From a candidate division WWE3 bacterium RIFOXYC1_FULL_40_10 (lineage in GTDB: Bacteria > Patescibacteriota > WWE3 > UBA101185 > UBA10185): 64,000 bases of DNA. The notes under the pieces were generated by a model. The model did not search any database, was not told where the DNA came from, and saw only the letters and a list, made by a program, of their open reading frames with translations. Location of the stretch: NCBI GenBank assembly GCA_001773215.1, contig MEWB01000001.1:69964-133963 (forward strand). The letters run 5' to 3'. The translations under genes were made by a program, and so were the position numbers. Below are positions 9,710 to 18,980 of this stretch, in pieces. The first letter of the stretch is position 1, and every line of letters begins with the position of its first letter.

Positions 9710-10360
9710 ATGATGCCAAAACAAGACATGATAAAGAACACTAAAAAGCTAATAGTTTTAGCCTTATCCGTAGTTTTCTTCATGGCTACCAAGCAGCCCG
9801 TTTTGGCTGATTGCGAGCCTAATTACGGTGGAGGAGAGACTTGTGTAGTTAATAAGAGATTTGAGATTAAGAAAGAAGTAAGACTTGAAGGAGAAGATAC
9901 TTGGAAAGACAAGATTACAGACGTTAAAGAAGGCGATGTAATTGAGTTTAGAATCAAGATCAAAAACCTATCTGATGATGAAGCCGAAGACTTTATCGAC
10001 TTCGACGATATGGAGATGAAAGACATTCTTCCCGATGAGCTATATAGAATAGGGGGAGACCAGTTGAAAGAACAGTTCGATAACTTTAAACCGGGTGAAA
10101 CTGAAGAATTCATCATAAAGGTTAAAGTTGACGAGGCTGAATTTGACACTACTGAGTCCTTTGAGAAGTGTGTTGTAAACAAAGCTGAAATTTATTGGGA
10201 TGATAACTTTGAGGGTGCTGACACTGCCATAGTTTGTTATGGTATTGGAACTCCTCAGGAACTTCCCAAGACCGGTTTTGGATCAACTATGACACTTATC
10301 GGAATAGCCTTAATTGGCACAGGACTTGTTTTATTCAAGTCTAAGAAACTTGCTAGATAA
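9710..10360 (+). CDS. LPXTG-anchored cell-surface protein (sortase substrate), acidic
   Basis: Signal peptide MIKNTKKLIVLALSVVFFMATKQPVLA. C-terminal sorting signal LPKTG followed by a hydrophobic stretch and a KSKKLAR tail. The likely start is ATG 9710 or 9728 rather than the ORF-track start at 9626. Confidence 0.75.
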   Translation: MMPKQDMIKNTKKLIVLALSVVFFMATKQPVLADCEPNYGGGETCVVNKRFEIKKEVRLEGEDTWKDKITDVKEGDVIEFRIKIKNLSDDEAEDFIDFDDMEMKDILPDELYRIGGDQLKEQFDNFKPGETEEFIIKVKVDEAEFDTTESFEKCVVNKAEIYWDDNFEGADTAIVCYGIGTPQELPKTGFGSTMTLIGIALIGTGLVLFKSKKLAR

Positions 10361-10415
10361 TCTAGCCTAATAGGAACGGAGGCCGCGCTACGCGCGGCCT
10401 CATCCTAGCTAAGTT

Positions 10416-10470
10416 CCGGGACAGAATGGTTGGGTTGGGGTAATACCCGTACGCGACCATTCTGTTCTGG
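10416..10470 (+). promoter_or_regulatory. Long imperfect stem-loop (15-bp stem) ending 8 nt before the sortase start codon, preceded by a 9-bp GC hairpin at 10379-10401
   Basis: ccgggacagaatggt (10416-10430) pairs with accattctgttctgg (10456-10470), with 2 G-U pairs. The loop contains a ggg..ccc mini-hairpin. No U-tract. It is a candidate intercistronic attenuator or mRNA-processing structure. Confidence 0.4.
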
Positions 10471-10478
10471 GTCTTAGT

Positions 10479-11192
10479 ATGGCTCCCTCCCTCAAACCTA
10501 TGAAAAAAAGAAGATTTATAAATTTTAGACACCTGTTTTTACCTGCTGTACTGCTAGGGGTCTGTATGCTTTTGTCACTATTTCTCATATGGGATTTTTT
10601 GCCCAAACCTCCTATTGAATCAAATTTAGAAAATAGGCTTAGTATTACGGATTTATCAGTATTTTCTGAATTAACTGAGCCGGTTTATTTTCCTGCTGAA
10701 ATAATTACTATTCCCGGTACAAATATAGCCACTACTTTAGATAGAGTAGGCGTATTAGATGACGGCACTCTTGAGGCGCCTGAGGCATGGAATAAGGGTG
10801 GCTGGCTCTTCTCAAGTTCTAAACCGGGCCAAGTAGGAAATTTAATAATTGATGGCCACTACGATGATAATTTTGGCAAACCTGCTGTTTTTTGGGAGTT
10901 GAAAAAAGTAAAGCCAGGTGATAAAGTGATTGTGACTGATGGTGCAGGTGAGGATTTTGTTTACATTGTTAGCAAGGTATATTTTCTCGACATTGACAGC
11001 TCCGAAAAATCTAGAGTGTTTTCCTCCAACGAGAAGGTGGCTACTATAACTTTGATTACTTGCGGGGGAGTTTGGCTACCAGGGGAGTCAACTTACAGCA
11101 AAAGGCTAATAGTTTCAGGAGTTTTGGATTCCGGCGCAAATGGGTTGGCCAAGGCCTTGATGAGTTATTATGTTGCAAGTTATGTTAATTAA
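10479..11192 (+). CDS. Sortase family transpeptidase
   Basis: N-terminal TM anchor. Catalytic His region (LIIDGHYDD). Signature TLITC Cys motif (ATITLITCGG) and a downstream Arg. Directly downstream of the LPXTG substrate gene. Confidence 0.8.
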   Translation: MAPSLKPMKKRRFINFRHLFLPAVLLGVCMLLSLFLIWDFLPKPPIESNLENRLSITDLSVFSELTEPVYFPAEIITIPGTNIATTLDRVGVLDDGTLEAPEAWNKGGWLFSSSKPGQVGNLIIDGHYDDNFGKPAVFWELKKVKPGDKVIVTDGAGEDFVYIVSKVYFLDIDSSEKSRVFSSNEKVATITLITCGGVWLPGESTYSKRLIVSGVLDSGANGLAKALMSYYVASYVN

Positions 11193-11313
11193 TGTGGATC
11201 ATATCTGAGGCCGGGAGGTAGCTCGGGGCAGTGGCTATCTCCCGACCCTAGATATAGATCCTGCGGTGGTCGCTGGTCCCTTCTAGAGAACGTAAAAATT
11301 TTCCATAATAAAT

Positions 11314-12540
11314 ATGCCAGTAAAAAAACAAAATATGGTTTCCGACTATGATACAAAATTGACTAATGGTCGTTCTAAAAGAAGCATGGACGATAATAAT
11401 AACGGTGACACCCCTTACTATAATGGGGAAGTAATACCTGTAAAGGGGCTACTGGAGGTCCTTACGGACTTTGGTCTTATCAAACAGAATATTAAAGTGG
11501 ATAGCGACCTTCCAAAAGATGTATATATAAGCCATTCGCAGATAAAAAGACTTAATTTAAGAATGGGTGATTTAGTTGAGGGTTTTGCTCGTCCCCCAAA
11601 AGAAGGTGAAAGATATCTTTCCATATTGAGAGTAGAGAAGGTGGAAGGTATTAACCCCGATGAGGCGAGAAGAAGGCCGCGTTTTAAGGATATGACGCCC
11701 ATTTACCCAAATTCTTGGATGAGACTGGAAACTGAAAAGGATATTGTGTCCACCAGGCTTATAGACATAATTTCACCTATAGGAAAAGGACAGAGAGCTA
11801 TGTTGGTAGCCCCGCCTAAAGGTGGAAAAACTTGGTTACTTAGAGATGTGGCCAACGGTATAACCGCAAACTACCCTGATATCATTCTTATGGTTGCTCT
11901 GATAGGTGAGAGACCTGAAGAAGTCACTCACTTTAGTAGGAGTGTTAAAGGTGAGGTTTTTTCAAGTAATTTCGACGAAAGGGCTGAGGACCAAACTAGA
12001 GTTGCCGAGCTTTGCTTGGAAAGAGCTAAGAGATTCGCTGAAGAAGGAAAAGATGTTGTTATACTTATGGACTCTATAACAAGACTTGCGAGGGCTTACA
12101 ATATGGTAGCTCCTCCATCGGGGAGAACCTTAACGGGTGGATTTGACCCTGCAGCCTTGTATCCTGCAAAGCACTTCTTTGGTGCTGCAAGAAACTTTGA
12201 AGAGGGTGGTAGCTTGACAATAATTGCTACGGCTTTGGTGGAAACCGGTTCCAGGATGGACGATGTTATTTTCGAGGAGTTTAAGGGTACCGGAAATATG
12301 GAGCTGAAGTTGGATAGGAATTTAGCCAATAAGAGAGTTTTCCCGGCTATAGATATTAAGAATAGTAGCACCCGTCATGAAGAGTACCTGTTTAATAAGT
12401 CTACTTTGGAAAGTATTTTCAGACTTCGTCGAATGGTCGACTTGCTTGATGACCACGAAGCGACTGAGTTGGTAATAGAACAGTTGAAAAAAACCAAAAA
12501 CAACGATGAATTCCTGAGTAATTTAATTAAAGCTAACTAA
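11314..12540 (+). CDS. rho: Transcription termination factor Rho
   Basis: 408 aa. N-terminal RNA-binding domain. Walker A GQRAMLVAPPKGGKT. Conserved Rho ATPase motifs through the C-terminus. Confidence 0.9.
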   Translation: MPVKKQNMVSDYDTKLTNGRSKRSMDDNNNGDTPYYNGEVIPVKGLLEVLTDFGLIKQNIKVDSDLPKDVYISHSQIKRLNLRMGDLVEGFARPPKEGERYLSILRVEKVEGINPDEARRRPRFKDMTPIYPNSWMRLETEKDIVSTRLIDIISPIGKGQRAMLVAPPKGGKTWLLRDVANGITANYPDIILMVALIGERPEEVTHFSRSVKGEVFSSNFDERAEDQTRVAELCLERAKRFAEEGKDVVILMDSITRLARAYNMVAPPSGRTLTGGFDPAALYPAKHFFGAARNFEEGGSLTIIATALVETGSRMDDVIFEEFKGTGNMELKLDRNLANKRVFPAIDIKNSSTRHEEYLFNKSTLESIFRLRRMVDLLDDHEATELVIEQLKKTKNNDEFLSNLIKAN

Positions 12541-12559
12541 ATTTTAGCCGACATAGAAG

Positions 12560-12589
12560 GTCCCCGCAAAATGCGGGGACTTCTGTTTT
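12560..12589 (+). terminator. Rho-independent terminator after rho
   Basis: gtccccgc (12560-12567) / loop aaaat / gcggggac (12573-12580), then ttctgtttt. The ATG at 12571 used by the ORF track sits in the loop. Confidence 0.7.
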
Positions 12590-12606
12590 GGGGTAGAATA
12601 TACAAC

Positions 12607-13896
12607 ATGACTGGGTCTAATAATAACGCTCTGGATCAGATATCAACACTAAGAGAGAAAACATGGAAGTGGGCAAAAAAGGCCAGAGAAAGTTTAATAT
12701 CAGGAAGCCTATTTACACTTAAAAAACCTGTATCTAAAAGATTTTTTCAACTTGGTTTTGTGAGCTTTAAGCCTGAGGGAAAGTCGAAGATAGAGCAATT
12801 TTTGAACATCTGGCTGGAATTTTTCAAGAGACTGGCCTTATACGGCTGGAACAAGCTTTATGCTTTATTATATATAATCCCCAGGTTGGTTAGATTCCTT
12901 CTGAAGTTTCCTCCTCAATTTAAGGAGTACCTGGTAAGAAAACTCATATGGTCGAGGGGGAAGTTAGGCAGATCGATTGCTACATGGTTTATATTATTGG
13001 TCAGTTTTTCAGTGTTTTTCGTGGGAGAGGTATTCAGCGGATCCACTTTGGTGTTTGAGCAGAAGGTTCAGGCGGACTATTTATCAACTCCAACAGATAT
13101 TATTCCTAAAAAGGAAGTAGCCCTTACAACCGTTCCGGAAGAGAGAAAAAAAGCTGAAGCTTTTATTTATTCTGTTCAATCAGGAGATACGTTGTATTCG
13201 ATTGGTAGTAAATTTAAAATTTCAGTAGACGCTTTGGAGTATGTGAATGGATTGAGTGATATCACCGTATTGAAGGTGGGGCAGGAACTCACAATTCCAC
13301 CTTCCTTGGGATTAATTCACACTGTGAAGTCAGGAGATTCCTTATCTTCAATTGCGCTAAAGTATGACGTTGCTGTACAGGCAATTGCAGATTTCAACTA
13401 TTTGTTTGAGTCTACGGGTTTGGCAGTGGGTACTGAGTTAGTAATACCGGGAGCAAAGATTCCGGTGGCTCCTGTGATAATCCCTGTCACACCATCAAGC
13501 CCCTCAACAACCGTTGGTCCGAATAAGTCCCTGTGTGTATGGCCTACAACAGTTAGATATATATCACAGTATTTCAGCTGGTATCATAATGGTTTGGACA
13601 TAGCCAGTTCAGCGTCGGGTCCTATGCCCCCTTTGCTTACATGTGCCTCTGGGACTGTAGTAAGAGCAGGGTGGGATCCCTTCGGCTTAGGGTTACATGT
13701 TAGGATTGATCATGGAAATGGGTATGAAACGGTGTATGGCCACATGAGTAGAATAGATGTGAGCTATGGGGAAAAGATAAGCAGAGGAGAAGTTATTGGG
13801 TTAATGGGAAGTACCGGAAACTCCACGGGACCTCATATCCACTTTATCGTAAAATATAATGGTGTTGCTCAAAACCCGCTAGATTTCACAAATTAA
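12607..13896 (+). CDS. LysM-domain M23 family metallopeptidase (cell-wall endopeptidase), membrane-anchored
   Basis: Two LysM repeats (YSVQSGDTLYSIGSKFKISVDALEYVNG...; HTVKSGDSLSSIALKYDVAVQAIADFN). C-terminal M23 motifs HNGLDIA ... GSTGNSTGPHIHF. N-terminal TM. Start moved to ATG 12607, downstream of the terminator. Confidence 0.85.
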   Translation: MTGSNNNALDQISTLREKTWKWAKKARESLISGSLFTLKKPVSKRFFQLGFVSFKPEGKSKIEQFLNIWLEFFKRLALYGWNKLYALLYIIPRLVRFLLKFPPQFKEYLVRKLIWSRGKLGRSIATWFILLVSFSVFFVGEVFSGSTLVFEQKVQADYLSTPTDIIPKKEVALTTVPEERKKAEAFIYSVQSGDTLYSIGSKFKISVDALEYVNGLSDITVLKVGQELTIPPSLGLIHTVKSGDSLSSIALKYDVAVQAIADFNYLFESTGLAVGTELVIPGAKIPVAPVIIPVTPSSPSTTVGPNKSLCVWPTTVRYISQYFSWYHNGLDIASSASGPMPPLLTCASGTVVRAGWDPFGLGLHVRIDHGNGYETVYGHMSRIDVSYGEKISRGEVIGLMGSTGNSTGPHIHFIVKYNGVAQNPLDFTN

Positions 13897-13919
13897 CATA
13901 TAAATGGGATAATGCTTGC

Positions 13920-15044
13920 GTGATAGATATTACCGATATCAAAATTAAAGCAGGGGATGGCGGCAATGGGGCAGTAACTTTTAGAAGGGCACGTTTCGTG
14001 CCTAAAGGTGGACCCGATGGTGGAGATGGGGGCAAAGGCGGGGACATCTATTTCATAGCAAGTCATAATATGTCGACGTTATCGGATTTTAGAACCCGGC
14101 GTAAATATTTTGCAGAGCCTGGTAATCCTGGAGCAAAAAAGAACATGTTTGGTAAAGATGGTGTGGATTTATTTATCAAAGTGCCGGTAGGTACTCTTGT
14201 GTATGAAAAGGGGCAAGAAGGTTTTGTATTAGTTTCTGATATGACTACTGCTGACACAAAGTTTTTAGTGGCAAAGGGAGGAAAAGGTGGAAAGGGTAAT
14301 GCACGATTTAAGAGCTCGACAAACCAGGCTCCTACGCAATACACCCCTGGGCAACTTGGGGAGAAAAAGGATATTAGGCTTGAAATTAAGTTGATTGCTG
14401 ACGTTGGGCTTGTAGGTGCGCCTAATGTTGGAAAAAGTACGTTAATTAATCGCGTTACCGGGGCGAAGGCAAAGGTAGCCAATTATCCCTTTACTACACT
14501 GGAGCCTAATCTGGGGGTGTGCAATTATATGGATAGTTTTTCATTTATTATCGCAGATATTCCTGGTTTAATAGAGGGTGCTTCCGAGGGTAAGGGCTTG
14601 GGTGATGACTTTTTAAGGCACGTCGAAAGAACGAGACTGCTAGTTCATTTGATAGATCCGCTGTCGCTTGGGACTGAAGATCTTGTAACTAACTCGATAA
14701 CGTCTTATGAAACAATAAGAAAAGAACTGAAAGAGTATGGTGCATCTCTCGAGGATAAGCCGGAAATTGTATTGGTAAACAAAGTCGATGTCACAGAAAT
14801 CTATGAAAATTTAGAGGCCATAAAGAAAGCTTTTGAAACTAAATTTGGGTTTTCTCCCAGTGGGGTTTCAGCGGTGACGGGGCAGGGAGTAAAGGAGTTG
14901 GTGGACTTAATTGCTGCTAAATTGAAAGCTATTCCTCAGGGGAAGCCTTTCGAATCCGAGAAGCCAGTGAAAATATTCACAATAGGGGATTTACCTAATA
15001 GGCGAATCGTTTTCGGACACACATCGGTATTGGAAAAGGAGTGA
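13920..15044 (+). CDS. obg: GTPase Obg/CgtA
   Basis: N-terminal Obg-fold glycine-rich repeats (AGDGGNGAVTFRRARFVPKGGPDGGDGGKGGDIYF). G1 GAPNVGKST. G3 DIPG. NKVD motif. Confidence 0.9.
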   Translation: MIDITDIKIKAGDGGNGAVTFRRARFVPKGGPDGGDGGKGGDIYFIASHNMSTLSDFRTRRKYFAEPGNPGAKKNMFGKDGVDLFIKVPVGTLVYEKGQEGFVLVSDMTTADTKFLVAKGGKGGKGNARFKSSTNQAPTQYTPGQLGEKKDIRLEIKLIADVGLVGAPNVGKSTLINRVTGAKAKVANYPFTTLEPNLGVCNYMDSFSFIIADIPGLIEGASEGKGLGDDFLRHVERTRLLVHLIDPLSLGTEDLVTNSITSYETIRKELKEYGASLEDKPEIVLVNKVDVTEIYENLEAIKKAFETKFGFSPSGVSAVTGQGVKELVDLIAAKLKAIPQGKPFESEKPVKIFTIGDLPNRRIVFGHTSVLEKE

Positions 15045-15070
15045 TCATTTGGTATAAATAAGTATTGCTT

Positions 15071-15146
15071 GGGCCGTTAGCTTAGTTGGTAGAGCGCTTC
15101 CATGGCATGGAAGAGGTCAGCGGTTCGAATCCGCTACGGTCCACCA
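15071..15146 (+). tRNA. tRNA-Ala (anticodon GGC)
   Basis: Cloverleaf folded by hand. Acceptor gggccgt / acggtcc with the G3:U70 identity pair. Anticodon loop atGGCat. T-arm cggttcgaatccg. Encoded CCA. Confidence 0.85.
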
Positions 15147-15195
15147 ATTACCAAAATCAGTATTTACTCTTGGAACTGAATTAGAAGTAAGAGAG

Positions 15196-15426
15196 TTAGA
15201 AAGCGTAAGTTCTAGATGATATGGGAAGTGGTTTTCTACATTTAGGACACACATATACACTGTGTTCTGTGATAAATCCTCCTTTAACAGGTATCTCTTC
15301 TATCTCGATAATCTCAACACCACAATAAGGACACGAAAACTTTGCTTCTTTAGATTTCGCTACATTTATTTTGTTCATGAGACAATCATACTCGGGTATA
15401 ATACTGGAAACAATTGGTTCCGACAT
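15196..15426 (-). CDS. Small zinc-ribbon protein (CxxC...CxxC), 76 aa
   Basis: CPYCGVEI...CPKCRKPL. No assignable function. Confidence 0.4.
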   Translation of the reverse strand: MSEPIVSSIIPEYDCLMNKINVAKSKEAKFSCPYCGVEIIEIEEIPVKGGFITEHSVYVCPKCRKPLPISSRTYAF

Positions 15427-15453
15427 AGTCCAGAATGTCTCACCATTAAATAA

Positions 15454-17667
15454 TCACTTAATTTGATCGATCGATTCTTCTCCGACTTTTACCAATTGTT
15501 CTTGGGGGGCAGTAGACTCTGTGGAGCCTGAAATTTCCTCTACAGTGGGTTTCTGGGTTGTTGCACCTGCTACCTGTTGTAGTTTCTGGTCTATCGCGGC
15601 TAACTCTTCCTGAACCTTTGTAGAGTCTCCGGATTCCGGAGCTACCAGTTTTTGAACAATTTCCATCTCTCTTTTAGCGTTCGCATAGTCCTCAAGCATA
15701 ACCAGGGCTTGGGCAAAGTTGTAGTGCGCATTTGCGTAGTCAGGCTTAAGATTTGTTGCCTGTCTAAATTGGTTAGCCGCCGACAGATAATCCTTTTTTG
15801 AAAAGAAAATTCCGCCGATATCCAATCGTATCTTTGGGTTTGTGGGGTCTAGTTGGAGAGCAGTATTGTAAGATTGCAGTGCTAATTCAGCAGCGTTCTC
15901 AGCTGTAGTTGTAAGATTCCTGTAGATGCCGGCTCTTACCAACCATCCCTGTGAATTGAAAGGATTCGTTTTCTCGGTTGCATTCTGAGAGCTTTTTATT
16001 GCTTGGGATACTAAGTTTTTAATTGTGTTTTCGTCCTCACTTGATAAGCTTTCCTTTCCCGCTATAACGTTTGCAAGCAAAATGTTTGTTTGAGCATATG
16101 ACAGCTGGTAGTTTTCCCTTTTTGGGTTTAGGATTATCGCTTTTTGTTGAGAATCATACATTTTTGAAGCGTCATTTTGAGTGGCAGCTACAACAGACTT
16201 TCTCATATAGTATTCCGCTGAATAAGCTTTGATCTGCAGAAATCCAAAGTAGCCGGTTAGGGCTAGCAGGGGAGCCATTACTATGTATTTAAAGTGTTCC
16301 TTTCTTATAATTGCTTCACTATCCTGCCATAAAGATGATGTATTGGCCAGCATGGTGAGTTCCATAGAAAATCCCCTGACAGTTTCTATATTTCCTGCTA
16401 AGGCATAACTTGCTATTAATTGTCCTAAGAGACCAAGGAGTAAAAATGTGTTGAGTACTGTTGCATAAGTAAACATAAAAGATATAGCTATTACGACACT
16501 CAATACGGTTGGAATTACTAGTTCATCCTGTGATCTGGCAAGGCTGATACCTTCTTTCAATATTTTTATAAGTGCCAAGGAGAACAGTATTAGAGCCAGC
16601 AATCCAAGTAGCCCAAAATTTCCTAATACGTTCAATACCTCGTTTGCAGGTTTATCGAAATTGACCATCCAGTTTGAGCTCATATTTTGCGATAAGCTCT
16701 TGTATCTCGGATAGTTAAGATAGAAAGTAGAAGGGCCTGTTCCCAATAGGGGATAGTCTCTTACTGTGGCAGTAGTTATTCCCCAGCTCTCTTTTAGATT
16801 TAGTTGTATCTCTTTTGGAAAGTTAGAATTTATCATCACCGAACGAGTAGTAGGAACCAAAGTAATAGCCATGATTCCAAAGATAACACCGGCTGTTAGG
16901 AGGAAGGAAAACGTATTTCCGGGGGACTTTCTAAGCTTCATGGTAACTGTTAATGCTAATACACCGACTATGCTCAAAATCCAGCCAAAAGTAGTTCCGG
17001 TAATAGCTAGGTAGAAGAAGTTGATAATAATTGCGGTTACGGAACTTACCTTATCCGGAAGCTTTCGGCCCGTATTTAAGAACACCAGCCCTGAAATAAA
17101 CCCAATTGTTGCAAGTAAAACAGATGCTGTAATTGAGCCTGCCATACTGAATGCCGGGTTTTTTAGAAACGAAAAATTGGTAGGGTTAATTCCGTAGTAA
17201 CTTAAAACTGAGACAAATGATGATAAAGTTACAGCGGCCAGCAATAATTTGCTCACTGTGGAGACACTTTTAAGACTTTTTATTAAAGGAGTTCCAATGT
17301 AGAAAAAAACCAATAGGGTGATTCCGGAGAAAAGGCCGGGAAACCAGCGACCGTACTCGCCATAGATGCTAGAGTTTTTGTCCAGTGAGAAGATAGTAGC
17401 CAGTATTAAGATGGAGAGAGCGAGGACAATAGGGAAGTCTAGAGGAGACTTTATTAATTCGACCTTGTCTCCAAGTGCAGCTCTCACTGCAGTTAAGATC
17501 ACTAGAAGAATAACAGATGCTATCAATAGATAAAGCTTGTTAAATTCAAAAAACTCTGTAGTTATAGGCAGGAAGAATATCGGGATTAGTGCGAACAGCA
17601 TGGTATACACAACAGTGGAGACCCTTCTTAGTGCAACTATGATGGTATGGGAAGTGGATGTATTCAT
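15454..17667 (-). CDS. O-antigen ligase-like (Wzy_C-type) polytopic membrane protein with C-terminal TPR repeats
   Basis: About 12 TM helices. C-terminal TPR-like repeats (AAELALQSYNTALQLDPTNPKIRLDIGGIFFSKKDYLSAANQFRQATNLKPDYANAHYNFAQALVMLEDYANA). Confidence 0.6.
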   Translation of the reverse strand: MNTSTSHTIIVALRRVSTVVYTMLFALIPIFFLPITTEFFEFNKLYLLIASVILLVILTAVRAALGDKVELIKSPLDFPIVLALSILILATIFSLDKNSSIYGEYGRWFPGLFSGITLLVFFYIGTPLIKSLKSVSTVSKLLLAAVTLSSFVSVLSYYGINPTNFSFLKNPAFSMAGSITASVLLATIGFISGLVFLNTGRKLPDKVSSVTAIIINFFYLAITGTTFGWILSIVGVLALTVTMKLRKSPGNTFSFLLTAGVIFGIMAITLVPTTRSVMINSNFPKEIQLNLKESWGITTATVRDYPLLGTGPSTFYLNYPRYKSLSQNMSSNWMVNFDKPANEVLNVLGNFGLLGLLALILFSLALIKILKEGISLARSQDELVIPTVLSVVIAISFMFTYATVLNTFLLLGLLGQLIASYALAGNIETVRGFSMELTMLANTSSLWQDSEAIIRKEHFKYIVMAPLLALTGYFGFLQIKAYSAEYYMRKSVVAATQNDASKMYDSQQKAIILNPKRENYQLSYAQTNILLANVIAGKESLSSEDENTIKNLVSQAIKSSQNATEKTNPFNSQGWLVRAGIYRNLTTTAENAAELALQSYNTALQLDPTNPKIRLDIGGIFFSKKDYLSAANQFRQATNLKPDYANAHYNFAQALVMLEDYANAKREMEIVQKLVAPESGDSTKVQEELAAIDQKLQQVAGATTQKPTVEEISGSTESTAPQEQLVKVGEESIDQIK

Positions 17668-17756
17668 ATGAGGTTAATCATATGTTTGTGAAAGTGTTTG
17701 AGTCAATAGGTAGTTTCCTTTAACGGGAAAAAGCGTAGTTTTACTTTTATTAGAGG

Positions 17757-18416
17757 CTATTTAGTAACCCACCAGTTAAATGAGGTATCAGAATATACCT
17801 TTGTATCAAGTTTTACTACGAACCCTGATTTGTTCTCAGGTTTTTCAACCCAGTACCTGGCGGCAGGGGAGTAATTGTCAAGAAATGTCACATGAACAAA
17901 GCTTGAAGCCGAACTATTAGGGAGCTCAATATAAACCTCGTTTCTATCTTTGGGTACAAAGGATGTTCCATTTTGAAGTATTACACCAAAATTTTGCACA
18001 GGGTTTGGAATTGATTTTGAATATGATTTTCCTATTTTTACTAGTCCTGATTCTGCTAGTAGAACTAAGATGATAATTAGAGCTACTAAAGATACTTTTG
18101 CACTTTTTTGGAATTCCGAGGAATGAAAAATGGATTTAATTCCTTGAGTTTGGTGAAATGATTTAATGTAGGTTCCTATTTTGTCGTTTGCAATATTTTG
18201 TTTTTTTAGTTTCGCGATCTTTTTTAATAGTTCGAGAGCTTCAATAGGGTAGTGGCCTTTTATATGTCCCGTTGAGTTTTTTACTCGTTTCATATTCGGT
18301 AACCAACCCATTTTGGTGAAGTAACGGAGTCTGTTGTAGGCTGTACCTTTTCCTAAATCTATTCCTGCCTTTTCAGCTTCTTCTATAAGTTTGTCCACCT
18401 CAATGAGTTTTTCCAT
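17757..18416 (-). CDS. Membrane protein with N-terminal MerR-type HTH, one TM helix and an extracytoplasmic C-terminal domain
   Basis: N-terminal GKGTAYNRLRYFTKMGWLPNMKR...GHIKGHY resembles the MerR HTH. TM segment VSLVALIIILVLLA. Beta-rich C-terminus. Confidence 0.5.
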   Translation of the reverse strand: MEKLIEVDKLIEEAEKAGIDLGKGTAYNRLRYFTKMGWLPNMKRVKNSTGHIKGHYPIEALELLKKIAKLKKQNIANDKIGTYIKSFHQTQGIKSIFHSSEFQKSAKVSLVALIIILVLLAESGLVKIGKSYSKSIPNPVQNFGVILQNGTSFVPKDRNEVYIELPNSSASSFVHVTFLDNYSPAARYWVEKPENKSGFVVKLDTKVYSDTSFNWWVTK

Positions 18417-18459
18417 ATCCCCTGATTATATAACATAGCCCGCCTTTATTTCTGGAAAC

Positions 18460-18488
18460 TTGTCATATCGCAATTAATGTTGTATATT
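18460..18488 (+). promoter_or_regulatory. Sigma70-like promoter TTGTCA-17-TATATT placed so that the ArsR-family gene would be near-leaderless
   Basis: ttgtca at 18460-18465, a 17-nt spacer, tatatt at 18483-18488. The ATG at 18497 is only ~9 nt past the -10 and no SD is present. Confidence 0.4.
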
Positions 18489-18496
18489 CTGTCAGT

Positions 18497-18790
18497 ATGA
18501 AGCTAGAAAAAATATCAAAAGCTTTGTCGGACAAGAATAGGCTTAAAATTATAGAGTTCCTAAGTGAGGGGCAAAAAAATGTAAGTTCCGTTGCCGACAA
18601 ACTGAATGTTGAAGAAAATCTTGCATCCCACCATCTACGAGTATTGTCTGCATTAGGTTTTTTAAAGAGTGATAAGAAAGGTAGGGAAGTGTTTTACAAG
18701 ATAAACGACACCCGACTTATCGCCCTACTTAGAGACCTAAAGAAAAATCAAGCTTTTAGAGAGATTTTAGTTAAGTCGTTAGAAGAATAA
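18497..18790 (+). CDS. ArsR/SmtB-family transcriptional regulator
   Basis: 97 aa. LSDKNRLKIIEFLSEGQKNVSSVADKLNVEENLASHHLRVLSALGFL is the canonical ArsR winged-HTH. Confidence 0.85.
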   Translation: MKLEKISKALSDKNRLKIIEFLSEGQKNVSSVADKLNVEENLASHHLRVLSALGFLKSDKKGREVFYKINDTRLIALLRDLKKNQAFREILVKSLEE

Positions 18791-18980
18791 CCTTATCACC
18801 CACGTGTTAATAATCCATTTAAGTTAGCTACTCCTGTCTGTACGAGTTTTTTCGATCATATTATTGCGGGAATAGTGCGTTAAATATTCTCATAATACTT
18901 ATAAAACAAGCATAAGTCGGGTAGAGATTGCGTTAAATATACGGTAATAAGAGTATTCCAGGGGTAATGGAAATAGCTCT

